A stretch of DNA of 64,000 nt, taken from assembly GCA_030637745.1 (NCBI GenBank), contig DAOWFX010000127.1, positions 237-64,236 of the forward strand. The letters are read 5' to 3'. Made by a program: the position numbers and the translations under genes. A model generated the notes under the pieces. That model saw nothing but the letters and a program-made list of their open reading frames with translations, was not told the origin of the DNA and did not search any database. This DNA comes from Clostridia bacterium (GTDB taxonomy: Bacteria; Bacillota; Clostridia; Christensenellales; UMGS416). Shown here one piece after another: positions 20,268 through 29,412 of this stretch (the first letter of the stretch is position 1; every line of letters starts with the position of its first letter).

Positions 20268-21035
20268 TTACATCAATGAACACTTGATGGGTCTTCGTTG
20301 AACATAGATAACATTTTGTAGATTGCCTGATATGAGGGAGCGTGCATGCTGGTAGCCTGCACCAAGCTCTTGCACACTGTGGGCATCTGAGCCAAAGGTA
20401 ACATATCTTCCACCTGCTTGCTTGTAGATATCAAGCAAGGCTTTGTCAGGCATGGAGCAATCGAGTCCTTGTCTGAGTGTTGAAGTATTGATCTCCATTG
20501 CAATGTTATTGCGTATCATTTTCTTGCATACGCTAATGATGGACTTTTCTGAGTATAAAAGCTCTCCGTAGTATCTTTTGGGAAAATCAAAGTGTGCAAG
20601 GCTATCAAACCCACCAAAGGATACCGCTGCATATACTTCCTGCCAATATCTATTGAATGCTGTTTTTGCAGAAATATTGCTTTTTTTCATTTTTGTGGGA
20701 AAGAGATCATCAACCCAAAAATGAATGCTACCGAGGATGAAATCGTATGGCATCTTTTGATACATTTCAAATTCTTTTGGATAAACGTGTGGCTCTGAAA
20801 ACTCCACACCACACAACAAGGTAAGATTATCTACATATTTTTCTTTGAGAGGATTGAATTCTTTAAAAAAGAGTGAAGCATCATAATATCCATAGCCATA
20901 GTCCGCTTTGTTAAAATCAATATGATCTGTAAAGCAGATGTACTCCAAGCCCAATTCAACCGCTTTTTTGCAGTAGCTGTCAAGACTTGTCTTGGAATCA
21001 CAAGAATGATGGGTATGGATATGTAAATCATGCAT
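20268..21035 (-). CDS. PHP-family histidinol-phosphatase-like (HisJ/HisK type) phosphoesterase
   Basis: MHDLHIHTHHSCDS N-terminal PHP motif; FTDHIDF; GSDAH near the C-terminus. Confidence 0.8.
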   Translation of the reverse strand: MHDLHIHTHHSCDSKTSLDSYCKKAVELGLEYICFTDHIDFNKADYGYGYYDASLFFKEFNPLKEKYVDNLTLLCGVEFSEPHVYPKEFEMYQKMPYDFILGSIHFWVDDLFPTKMKKSNISAKTAFNRYWQEVYAAVSFGGFDSLAHFDFPKRYYGELLYSEKSIISVCKKMIRNNIAMEINTSTLRQGLDCSMPDKALLDIYKQAGGRYVTFGSDAHSVQELGAGYQHARSLISGNLQNVIYVQRRPIKCSLM

Positions 21036-21079
21036 CGTGGTGCTCCAATAAATCTAACATTTGATATATCATAGCATAA

Positions 21080-21109
21080 AAAAAGACGAAGTATACACTC
21101 CGTCTTTTT
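21080..21109 (-). terminator. Intrinsic terminator after the 72-aa membrane ORF (bidirectional A/T runs)
   Basis: aaaaaGACG-12 nt loop-CGTCttttt. On the minus strand it is followed by a T7 run. Confidence 0.7.
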
Positions 21110-21125
21110 ATGATTGTGTTTGGCT

Positions 21126-21344
21126 TTATCCTTTTGTTGCTGCGAGTACGATAAACACAACGCACGCTACAGCCATAATTACAGCCATGACCAGGCTAAG
21201 TTTGATTGCACCCTCATCAGTCATTTTTTTACCCATTTTCATTTTAACAATCTTGATAAGTCCAGGTGACTTTTTAAGAGCAAGCCCTCCAACTGCCACA
21301 GCATAGATTCCAGTTAGTAATGCGCCTATTGCCCATCCGTTCAT
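21126..21344 (-). CDS. Small 2-TM membrane protein, last gene of the TetR/ABC-2 operon
   Basis: 72-aa hydrophobic ORF followed by a terminator. Confidence 0.45.
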   Translation of the reverse strand: MNGWAIGALLTGIYAVAVGGLALKKSPGLIKIVKMKMGKKMTDEGAIKLSLVMAVIMAVACVVFIVLAATKG

Positions 21345-21422
21345 AATACTTCTCCTTTCATTAATAAAGTAATCTGATAAGGTTCTATTTATACATATTA
21401 TACAATGAATATGTAGTAATCT

Positions 21423-22430
21423 CTAGTTTTCTAAGCCTTTTCTGATACGCGGTGCAACATATGCAAATACCAGTGCTGCAATGCCGAGGACAATGGCACT
21501 ATGCCATAGAAGTTCAAGCCAAGTAAAGTCTCCATTTAATATCGATAGGTTGCCTTTGTATACCCAATAAAAAGGTGACCAGTACATTACCCACTGCCAT
21601 TTGGCTGATAAAAACTCGTATCCTGCAACAGAGGCTGCAAGCGGCAGCATAACCATCTTGGTGCTTGCAACTGCAGTCATTACATCATCGCTGTTCACAC
21701 CTTCTAGGAATCCGATCATGATACTGATAAGCGATGAGACGAATACGAAGATAAGTAGTTGTAGGAAGTTTACAGTGCCTGCAAGTCCCAATATCAAAAC
21801 CATGGCACTACACCCTATCAGTGCAACGAGTATGCCCATGATGCTTTTGCCGAATATCCAAGCTGTCCTTGAAATGGGTGCAACGTTGATTGCGCTAATG
21901 GTGTTGTCCATCTTCTCTTCTACGATATTGAGTGATATCAGCATGCCTGCAAGTAGACTGGTAAGGAGTATTCCCATGTTGGCCCAAAGGATCTTTGTAG
22001 GGGAAGTTTTTACTCCAAAGTCTTTGATTATCGCTGTTGAGTCTTCAACTTTTCTATCGTACTCTGAGTAAGTTTTTAACAGCTTTGCAAACATCACCAC
22101 ATCTTCAGGTTCATTTCCTTGAGTGAGGATATAAGCATCTTCACCTTCTCCGACAAAACCTACGATATTATCTCTTCTCAGTACTCTTTTTTCCAGTGAA
22201 TCGTAGTCTTTGACTTTGGTTATTTTTGCAAAGTCTTCAAGGTATGCGATAGTCTCCGTATTTTCGCCTTCGATAAAGACGAGATTTACTGTGGTATCTT
22301 CAATACCGGGCGCAAAGGCATTGACTGCGAATGCGAGTATTATCGGGATGACTATCATGAATAGCGACATGAAATCTCTATAGCTTACATGCAAGTCTCT
22401 CTTAAATATTGTTAACGTTTTTTTAAACAT
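21423..22430 (-). CDS. ABC-2 type transporter permease
   Basis: N-terminal TM, a large extracytoplasmic loop, then 5 C-terminal TM. Adjacent to a second permease and the ATPase. Confidence 0.75.
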   Translation of the reverse strand: MFKKTLTIFKRDLHVSYRDFMSLFMIVIPIILAFAVNAFAPGIEDTTVNLVFIEGENTETIAYLEDFAKITKVKDYDSLEKRVLRRDNIVGFVGEGEDAYILTQGNEPEDVVMFAKLLKTYSEYDRKVEDSTAIIKDFGVKTSPTKILWANMGILLTSLLAGMLISLNIVEEKMDNTISAINVAPISRTAWIFGKSIMGILVALIGCSAMVLILGLAGTVNFLQLLIFVFVSSLISIMIGFLEGVNSDDVMTAVASTKMVMLPLAASVAGYEFLSAKWQWVMYWSPFYWVYKGNLSILNGDFTWLELLWHSAIVLGIAALVFAYVAPRIRKGLEN

Positions 22431-22439
22431 GTAGACCTC

Positions 22440-23549
22440 CTAAACCGACAGCGTTTTTTTATAACGCGCGTTTGCCCAAGCAAACAGTATCGAGGACACG
22501 ACTAGATATCCCAGTGCAATCAACAGGATGAATCCGGTGTCGCCTTTGGTGAATATTTCTTTAAATCCATAAACGATGTAGTAACTTGGTATAAACTTTA
22601 ACCACATTGGATCCCAGCTTGCGATAAAGTAAGATAATGTTGGCATCATCATTGCAATCATAAGTAGATACATCACGCCGAATGACTTGACCATGTCATC
22701 AAAATAGCTGGCGATCAGTAGTCCCAATGCTGATGCGAAGAATCCTGTTGGTATCAAGAACACAATTAGCAATAGATAGTTGATTCTTGTGCCCATGATG
22801 GGCAATATCAATATTAGTGATGTAGTCAGCGCAGTGACGGTTAGAATCAACACCTTACTTAGGAGATATTTCCATACAGGAGAGGGGGTGATTGCGTATG
22901 CTTTGATAACGCCTTCTTTTTTGTCGAGGAATACATAGGCTGCCATGATGAAAAGTCCCATCAGTGAACCGTTAAATGTCAAGAACACCGGAAGAACATT
23001 TTCTCGGTCGCTGAGTACTACATAGTCCGTTGAAATGGTTTTCACCGGTTGACCTTCTAGCTCTTTGTATAGCAGTGCATCATCAGGTCCATGTATGATT
23101 TTTAATATATTACTAAACTTTTCAGTCTCATTGCCCTGTGTGTAGTAGGTATAGTTCAACTCATTTGCTTCATTCATCTTGATGGATACCCCGAGCTTAT
23201 GCTTCTTTTCTGCAACCTTGGCCATATCTTCTTCAGTGTCGAAAACATATATCTCCTTGTCTTCGGTGACATACAAAGTAGAGTTAATCTCTTCCTTGTC
23301 AATTTTAAATGGATCTTCGGGTGTTTTTCCTTTTCCATCTAAGTCATTAAATGATTCGATATACATTTGCTGGGACTGTGCATTTGGAAACTCTAAGTAC
23401 AAGTATTGAGTCTCTTTGTTATCAAAGTTGTTCGGAATAACAAATAGCAGTACAAATAGTAGTATTGCTGCCATTGCAATCTCTACATAGAAGTAAAAGC
23501 CCCTTGATGCAATCGTTAACTCTTTAACGAAACTTGACCATAACTTCAT
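22440..23549 (-). CDS. ABC-2 type transporter permease
   Basis: Same architecture as the neighbouring permease (TM1, about 170-aa loop, 5 TM). Confidence 0.75.
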   Translation of the reverse strand: MKLWSSFVKELTIASRGFYFYVEIAMAAILLFVLLFVIPNNFDNKETQYLYLEFPNAQSQQMYIESFNDLDGKGKTPEDPFKIDKEEINSTLYVTEDKEIYVFDTEEDMAKVAEKKHKLGVSIKMNEANELNYTYYTQGNETEKFSNILKIIHGPDDALLYKELEGQPVKTISTDYVVLSDRENVLPVFLTFNGSLMGLFIMAAYVFLDKKEGVIKAYAITPSPVWKYLLSKVLILTVTALTTSLILILPIMGTRINYLLLIVFLIPTGFFASALGLLIASYFDDMVKSFGVMYLLMIAMMMPTLSYFIASWDPMWLKFIPSYYIVYGFKEIFTKGDTGFILLIALGYLVVSSILFAWANARYKKTLSV

Positions 23550-23550
23550 A

Positions 23551-24405
23551 CTAAATCAGCTCCCTTCCAGTCACCTTGATAAAGATTTCCTCTAGGGTTG
23601 CCTCCTTGGTGTGCATTGTCTGGATATTTTGCTTTGCAATGATATCTGCAAGTTTTTTCTTGTCTTTTTCATCCAGCGTTGAGAAAGTCTCGGTTTTCAA
23701 TTTGCCGTTATCGCCATATTCCACTTCAACTTTGCTTTCACCATATTCAAGCTTTAAGTTTTTGGGACTATCAATGAGGTGTATGTCACCATCTATAATG
23801 AATGCGACGCGATCACATAATTCATCTGCAATGTACATGTTGTGGGTTGTTAGAAATACAGTGACGCCTTTTTCATTTTGCTCTTTTACAATGCCCTTGA
23901 TAACGGATGCAATCGCAGGGTCCAAGCCTGTTGTGGGTTCGTCCAAGAACCATAGTTCTGGGTTGTTTAGCATGCTTCGAGCAAAGGTTAGGCGATGCTT
24001 CATACCTTTTGAAAACTCTCCTGCACGGATCTTTCCCTTGCCTTCGAGTCCCACGATTTCCAGTAGTTCATCTGGATCACGTGTGGGAACATCAAATAGT
24101 TTTGCATAAAACTTGAGGTTTTCTTTTGCAGTCATTTTGCTATATACATTGGACTGCTCAAAAGACATGCCAATTTGGTTGAACATCTTTCTTTTGATTT
24201 CCTTAACATCATAGCCTGCAACCGTTACATTGCCTTTTTGCAACTGCAGAAGACCTGTTAAAATTCCTTGAGTGGTTGATTTGCCTGCGCCGGAGGGTCC
24301 AAGGAAACCAAAGACTTCACCTTTGGGAATCTCAAAGCTGACATCCTTCACAGCATAGTTGTCATCCTTGTTATAAGAATGATATAGATTTTGAACAGTA
24401 ATCAT
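23551..24405 (-). CDS. ABC transporter ATP-binding protein
   Basis: Walker A GPSGAGKST, signature FSKGMKHRL, Walker B WFLDEPTTGLD. Confidence 0.92.
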   Translation of the reverse strand: MITVQNLYHSYNKDDNYAVKDVSFEIPKGEVFGFLGPSGAGKSTTQGILTGLLQLQKGNVTVAGYDVKEIKRKMFNQIGMSFEQSNVYSKMTAKENLKFYAKLFDVPTRDPDELLEIVGLEGKGKIRAGEFSKGMKHRLTFARSMLNNPELWFLDEPTTGLDPAIASVIKGIVKEQNEKGVTVFLTTHNMYIADELCDRVAFIIDGDIHLIDSPKNLKLEYGESKVEVEYGDNGKLKTETFSTLDEKDKKKLADIIAKQNIQTMHTKEATLEEIFIKVTGRELI

Positions 24406-24482
24406 GGAATTGCTCCTCTCAAAACAAATATTTAAAATAATTTCTTATCGTGTGGTTGTTCGGTCGACTTTGTGCTGTGTTC

Positions 24483-25112
24483 TTACTTATAAAAGGTCTT
24501 TTTTAAAATACTAATATATTCATCCATATCATTTATTGCTTTTTCAAAATCCATATCCTGAATATCATCTAATGCAAGTATTTGTTCTTCACCATATTTT
24601 TCGATCGTCCAGCGAATTACATTGATAGATTGGGCTATTGTGCTTTGATCACGAAACTTTGAGTAATCAATATTTTTGGTAAACACATCGCCAATTACTG
24701 ATTGAAAATCAATTCCGTATTTTTCATATAGTTTTATACTATCTTCAAGTTTTTTCACATTATTTCTTGATATAACTTTGAGCATGAAGTCAAACATATT
24801 TGGATATACTTTGCTGATTTTCATTTTAATTATTGCAATCTGTTTTATTCTTTCAAATATATCAGATTCATGCCAATCGATTTTCTCTGTAATTTCATCA
24901 TACATTTTGTTTATAACAAATCCGACAAGCTTATCATATAAATCTTGTTTGCTTTTAAAATAATGAAACAGCAATCCTTTTGATATACCGGCAGACTTAA
25001 CAATGTTATTAGTTGATGCTTTTTCATAAGGATAGAGTGAAAACTCCTCGATTGCTGCGTTAATTATTCTGTCTTTTTTATCACTATCTATGTTTGCTAG
25101 GGTATAGTCCAT
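24483..25112 (-). CDS. TetR/AcrR-family transcriptional regulator
   Basis: N-terminal HTH: AAIEEFSLYPYEKASTNNIVKSAGISKGLLFHYFKSKQDLY. Confidence 0.9.
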   Translation of the reverse strand: MDYTLANIDSDKKDRIINAAIEEFSLYPYEKASTNNIVKSAGISKGLLFHYFKSKQDLYDKLVGFVINKMYDEITEKIDWHESDIFERIKQIAIIKMKISKVYPNMFDFMLKVISRNNVKKLEDSIKLYEKYGIDFQSVIGDVFTKNIDYSKFRDQSTIAQSINVIRWTIEKYGEEQILALDDIQDMDFEKAINDMDEYISILKKTFYK

Positions 25113-25144
25113 AATAATTTCCTCTCAGGATCATCTTTACAGCT

Positions 25145-25326
25145 GACCAATGTGGTTAATCGGTGTTTTTGCTTTTCAAAACACGTTATGGCTTGTGAGT
25201 TTCATGAAGATTATTTCATCACATTAATCATTCCAGACCAATGTGGTTAATCGGTGTTTTTGCTTTTCAAAACACGTTATGGCTTGTGAGTTTTGAAATA
25301 ATATTTCTCTCACATAATCAGTTACC
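25145..25326. repeat. Tandem direct repeat with 91-bp period: two units whose first 58 bp are identical
   Basis: gaccaatgtggttaatcggtgtttttgcttttcaaaacacgttatggcttgtgagttt occurs at 25145-25202 and 25236-25293. The unit tails are related (catcacattaatcattcca versus ctcacataatcagttacc). Confidence 0.9.
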
Positions 25327-25390
25327 GACCAACTCGGTCAATCTCATACTAGCATAGCAGACCAGTGTGGTCAATGACCAATGTGGTCAA
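25327..25390. promoter_or_regulatory. Cluster of three palindromic GACCA-N3-(T/C)GGTC motifs; candidate TetR operators
   Basis: gaccaactcggtcaa at 25327, gaccagtgtggtcaa at 25360 and gaccaatgtggtcaa at 25376. The last is the perfect inverted repeat TGACCA-atg-TGGTCA. The same 15-mer family heads each 91-bp unit. Confidence 0.4.
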
Positions 25391-25505
25391 ACTCAAACGT
25401 TTTGCTAAAAACCATCATGAAGCGTCCGAATGATGCAAATATTCCGCTGAAAGCAACAAATTTGTGGTTAAAGTGTCATTTGCTTATAGGAATGATTATA
25501 TTTTG

Positions 25506-25534
25506 TTGCAGCCAAGTAACACTGATGCTATAAT
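25506..25534 (+). promoter_or_regulatory. Candidate sigma-A promoter for the tyrS leader (TTGCAG-N17-TATAAT with TGn extension)
   Basis: ttgcag at 25506-25511; tgc-tataat at 25526-25534. Confidence 0.45.
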
Positions 25535-25560
25535 TGCCATATTATTTTGAAGGATACAAT

Positions 25561-25647
25561 ATGAAAAATAACACACTACAAACTTATAACACATCTCTTT
25601 ATTACGCATATTATTATAGTATGGGGGCTTTTACTGTTGTGAGTTAG
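25561..25647 (+). CDS. Candidate 28-codon Tyr-rich leader peptide (MKNNTLQTYNTSLYYAYYYSMGAFTVVS)
   Basis: GAAGGA lies 6 nt upstream of the ATG. Six of the 28 codons are Tyr, five of them within codons 14-19 (tat tac gca tat tat tat). It sits between a promoter-like element and a terminator hairpin directly upstream of tyrS. Confidence 0.5.
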   Translation: MKNNTLQTYNTSLYYAYYYSMGAFTVVS

Positions 25648-25666
25648 TTTAAAATTAACCAACTAT

Positions 25667-25701
25667 GGCTTGAGGCTCTTAAATGGCTTCAAGCCTTTTT
25701 T
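25667..25701 (+). terminator. Intrinsic terminator/attenuator 30 nt upstream of the tyrS start
   Basis: GGCTTGAGGCT-cttaaat-GGCTTCAAGCC, an 11-bp stem including G-U pairs, followed by T6. Confidence 0.7.
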
Positions 25702-25731
25702 ATTATCAAAAAATAAAAAAAGGAGGGTAAA

Positions 25732-26904
25732 ATGACTAAACAAAGTATCATCGAGACAATCAAGTGCGAGGCTGTAGGCATTTATTCTGAAGATGAATTT
25801 GACCTACTAATGGACTCGAGAAAAACATTGACCATCAAACTGGGTGCAGATCCGAGTCGACCGGATCTACATTTGGGACACTCTGTAATCCTTCGCAAGC
25901 TAAGACTCTTTCAAGAATTGGGACACCAAGTGGTGTTTGTCATCGGAGACTTTACCGGTATGATTGGAGATCCGACTGGGAAGTCGAGAACAAGACCTGC
26001 ACTAACACTTGAGGAGACTCGAGAGGCAGGGAAAACATATTTCCATCAGGTTACAAAGATACTGGATGCGAGTAAGACATCCATTCGGTATAATTCTGAG
26101 TGGCTTGATGAACTGAAATTCAAGGATGTAATACACCTTGCATCTCAATACACATTGGCTCGTATAATGGAGCGAGATGACTTTAAAACACGATTTGAGA
26201 GCAATCAACCTATTTCACTACATGAGTTATTTTATCCGTTGATGCAAGGGTATGACTCCATAGCACTCGATGCAGACATTGAAATTGGTGGAACAGATCA
26301 GACATTTAATATGCTGGTAGGTAGAACGCTACAAGTGCACTATGGTCAAAAGCAACAAGTAGTTATCACATATCCCATTATTGCAGGACTTGACGGAGTG
26401 GAGAAGATGAGTAAGTCGCTGGATAATTATATCGGCATTGATGAGCCTGCAGATAGCATGTTTGAAAAGTGTATGAAGATACCGGATACGATATTGAAGG
26501 ATTACTTTGTGTTGACTACTGATATCAAAGAAGTTAAAGCACAAGGGTTGATTGAAGAAGATATCAGAGAAGCGCACTTTGCATATGCTGAACGGATTGT
26601 TGCTATGTATCATGATGAGAATGCTGCAATCAATGCAAAACAAAGGTACATTGAAGTAGCAAAAGGGAGTGTTCCTCAAAATCTAAAGACAGTAGAAATC
26701 ACGCAAGAGAGCATATCGATTATTGAGCTAATCAAACTTGCAGGATTTGCATCATCTAACGGAGAGGCGAGGAGATGTATCCTCGGAAAGGGAATAAAGA
26801 TCGACCAGATAGTGATAGAAAATGCGAACCTTGTTGTGTGTGTTGAACAACCGATCGTATTGCAGTTTGGGAAAAATCGATTTGTAGAAATCAGGCAGAA
26901 ATAG
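25732..26904 (+). CDS. tyrS: Tyrosyl-tRNA synthetase
   Basis: HIGH-type motif PDLHLGH, KMSKS present, and a C-terminal S4-like domain (GFASSNGEARRCILGKGIKID). AAGGAGGG RBS. Confidence 0.88.
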   Translation: MTKQSIIETIKCEAVGIYSEDEFDLLMDSRKTLTIKLGADPSRPDLHLGHSVILRKLRLFQELGHQVVFVIGDFTGMIGDPTGKSRTRPALTLEETREAGKTYFHQVTKILDASKTSIRYNSEWLDELKFKDVIHLASQYTLARIMERDDFKTRFESNQPISLHELFYPLMQGYDSIALDADIEIGGTDQTFNMLVGRTLQVHYGQKQQVVITYPIIAGLDGVEKMSKSLDNYIGIDEPADSMFEKCMKIPDTILKDYFVLTTDIKEVKAQGLIEEDIREAHFAYAERIVAMYHDENAAINAKQRYIEVAKGSVPQNLKTVEITQESISIIELIKLAGFASSNGEARRCILGKGIKIDQIVIENANLVVCVEQPIVLQFGKNRFVEIRQK

Positions 26905-26964
26905 TTGGTGGCTCAAGATGAATAGTAGTGTATAATATGTAGGATATGAAGATAAGGAAGTTCT

Positions 26965-27831
26965 ATGATTGATTTATTGATTGCCATCGTGCTCAGTGCC
27001 ATCATTCCTAATTTGTTTAAATTGGCACAGAAAAAAGAATGCAGACAACCACCCATTATTACATTGAACTATTTGATGTGTGTAGTGATAGTCATTGCGA
27101 ACTTTTTTATCAGTAAATCACAAGGCGCGATATTTGGTGTAACTTTAACTGATGTGGAGATGAACAGCATCATATTATCTGCTGTAATCGGTGTCGTATG
27201 TGGTGTGTTTTACTATCTTGGATTTTATTTTTTCCAGAAAGCGGTACGACAAAGTGGAGCTGCACTATCTTCTGCATTTGGGAAGATGGGGATTCTCGTT
27301 CCGATAATACTGTCTGTTATCATATGGCGTGAATACCCAAAAGCACTTGCGGTAGTGGGCATATGCTTATCAGTATTTGCAATATTTTTCACATACTTTG
27401 ACTTCAAGTCATTTCGCTTTAATCAGATCCATGCGGTGCTGATAGTCCTGTTCTTGTTCGGTGGCATGGGCGACTTTTCTAATAAACTTTTTCAAAAGTA
27501 CTGCCTACAAAGCCATAGCATGATATTTTTATTCTTCATATTCGTATCAGCATTATTGGCGAGTTTGAAGGATATGAAAAGCATCAAGAATATTACAAAG
27601 AATGAATTCATTATTGGATTGTTCTTAGGTATCCCCAATATGCTGACTGCAACCTTCTTGATAAGAGCGTTATTTGCACTTCCTGCATTTATTGTATTTC
27701 CGATGTTCTCAGGTGCGACTATAATATTGGCGATGCTTCTAAGTGCTCTTTTCTACAAAGAAATTCCATCCAGAAAGCAACTGGTTGCGATTTGCATGAT
27801 TATTGTTGCGCTTGTGATGATCAACTTGTAA
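26965..27831 (+). CDS. Polytopic membrane protein (about 10 TM; possibly DMT/EamA-like)
   Basis: Hydrophobicity pattern only. Confidence 0.35.
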   Translation: MIDLLIAIVLSAIIPNLFKLAQKKECRQPPIITLNYLMCVVIVIANFFISKSQGAIFGVTLTDVEMNSIILSAVIGVVCGVFYYLGFYFFQKAVRQSGAALSSAFGKMGILVPIILSVIIWREYPKALAVVGICLSVFAIFFTYFDFKSFRFNQIHAVLIVLFLFGGMGDFSNKLFQKYCLQSHSMIFLFFIFVSALLASLKDMKSIKNITKNEFIIGLFLGIPNMLTATFLIRALFALPAFIVFPMFSGATIILAMLLSALFYKEIPSRKQLVAICMIIVALVMINL

Positions 27832-27892
27832 TCACGAGGGATATATTGGATAATGTAGAAGGCAGTTCGTCTGCTGATTTGGGGGCAAAGGC

Positions 27893-29353
27893 ATGAAGAA
27901 GATTGTATTATTGGTTGTTGTGATCATAGCGATTATTACATTTTCGCTTATTTCGTATGAAGTTAAAAATAATAATGAAGACATTTTACCTACAAACTCT
28001 GAAATTATTGAAAACACTTCGAGTCCTACAGTGCAAATCATTGAATCAACACCTACCACAGCACCCACACCCACTGAAATACCGATTGAATATGATATCA
28101 AATATATATTCTTGTTTATTGGCGATGGTATGGGATTTGACATCGTAGATGCTGCGAATGATATATTGATGCATAATGAGGATAGGCAGCTATGCTTTTT
28201 AGACTTTGAAAGCAAAGGAGAGGTCATTACAACCTTGGAAAGTGGTGCTGCAACTGATTCGGGTGCAGCTGCAACCAGTTTGGCAACGGGTGTCAATACC
28301 TATGATGGTGCAATTGGCGTAGATAGCAATGGGAAATCAGTTGAAAACCTCATAGAATATATTGCAGCCCGAAACTTAAAAACAGGGGTAATCTCTACTG
28401 TTACCATTGACCATGCAACACCAGCAGGCTTTTATGCACATCAAAAAAATCGGAGCATGTACGATGAAATCATCAAAGATGCAATAGCCAGTCCGTTGAA
28501 TGTGCTTGCAGGTGGATATACGAGCGCAGGAGTTAGCAAAACAACGATGCGAAAATGGGCGAAGGGTACGGGATTTGAAATATCTAGCGTAGGCAGTGGG
28601 GATGAATTTTCTGCAGATAAAGGAATTTATTTGGCGGATATCCCATTTGTCAATGATAATGACGGTTCGCAATCGACACTTACAAGCCTGCTCACCCATA
28701 CTGTTGAAAACCTATATAGTGATAGTGGTTTCTTCATCATGGCAGAAGCCGGAAAAATCGACTGGGCGATGCATAATTGGAGTTGGGCTGATGGTGTGAG
28801 TGAATTGCTGGATATGGAAGAGGCAATCTCTTATGCTGTTGACTTTTATGATGAACACCCAGATGAGACGATGATTATCATCACTGCAGACCATGAGACC
28901 GGAGGGTTCATATACGATGGGCAATCCAATCATGAACAATTTAATGCAATAGATACATCGTACAGTCGCTTGAATAGTTACATCAAGTCTGCAAAGAAAA
29001 AAGGATTGAGCACGGGATATGTGAATTTGAAAGAATATCTCATTGGGAGATTTGGTTTTGACTATGCAGATGGCACACAAAATGCAACCTGGGTATCAAG
29101 TACCAATTCTAATCGGATATATGATGCATTTAAAGATTATTGTTATAATCGAACATCATCATCGGATGTGATGGATATAATCTTTGATGTTATAAACTCT
29201 ATCGCAGGAGAGCGATTTACCACAACTGTGCACTCCAAGAAGAATGTTCCTGTATATGCATTGGGCAGATATGCAAAGATATTTGAAGGCGTATATGACA
29301 ATACCATGATCTATCATAAAATTAAAAATATCATCGATATCTATTATCCCTAA
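27893..29353 (+). CDS. Alkaline phosphatase family protein, membrane-anchored
   Basis: FIGDGMG, active-site region ATDSGAAATSLATG, ADHETGG. N-terminal TM plus a Pro/Thr linker. Confidence 0.85.
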   Translation: MKKIVLLVVVIIAIITFSLISYEVKNNNEDILPTNSEIIENTSSPTVQIIESTPTTAPTPTEIPIEYDIKYIFLFIGDGMGFDIVDAANDILMHNEDRQLCFLDFESKGEVITTLESGAATDSGAAATSLATGVNTYDGAIGVDSNGKSVENLIEYIAARNLKTGVISTVTIDHATPAGFYAHQKNRSMYDEIIKDAIASPLNVLAGGYTSAGVSKTTMRKWAKGTGFEISSVGSGDEFSADKGIYLADIPFVNDNDGSQSTLTSLLTHTVENLYSDSGFFIMAEAGKIDWAMHNWSWADGVSELLDMEEAISYAVDFYDEHPDETMIIITADHETGGFIYDGQSNHEQFNAIDTSYSRLNSYIKSAKKKGLSTGYVNLKEYLIGRFGFDYADGTQNATWVSSTNSNRIYDAFKDYCYNRTSSSDVMDIIFDVINSIAGERFTTTVHSKKNVPVYALGRYAKIFEGVYDNTMIYHKIKNIIDIYYP

Positions 29354-29412
29354 AGAGAACAAAAAAAGACGTCTTGCTTTTGCAAAACGTCTTTTTTGTA
29401 GTTATACAAGGA

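Noticed and set aside
20215-20301. 28-codon plus-strand ORF (MKKNNNQQKQICTDAMINYINEHLMGLR) overlapping the 3' end of the PHP phosphatase gene
   Set aside because: It has no convincing RBS or promoter and its AT-rich codons are expected by chance. It overlaps a convergent real gene.
23576-24109. 177-aa ORF antisense to the ABC ATPase gene
   Set aside because: It is a shadow ORF opposite a gene with clear Walker A, signature and Walker B motifs. It is Ser-rich and low-complexity, with no RBS.
25145-25293. Possible miniature CRISPR array (58-bp repeat, 33-bp spacer)
   Set aside because: There are only two full copies. The repeat is longer than the spacer. The spacers are related to each other. 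No cas genes or leader are in the window. It is better described as a 91-bp tandem duplication.
25400-25731. T-box riboswitch expected upstream of a Firmicutes tyrS
   Set aside because: I found no GGTGGTACCGCG-like T-box sequence, no specifier-loop context for UAC/UAU, and no AG-bulge or distal-loop motifs by eye. A covariance-model search is still needed to be certain.
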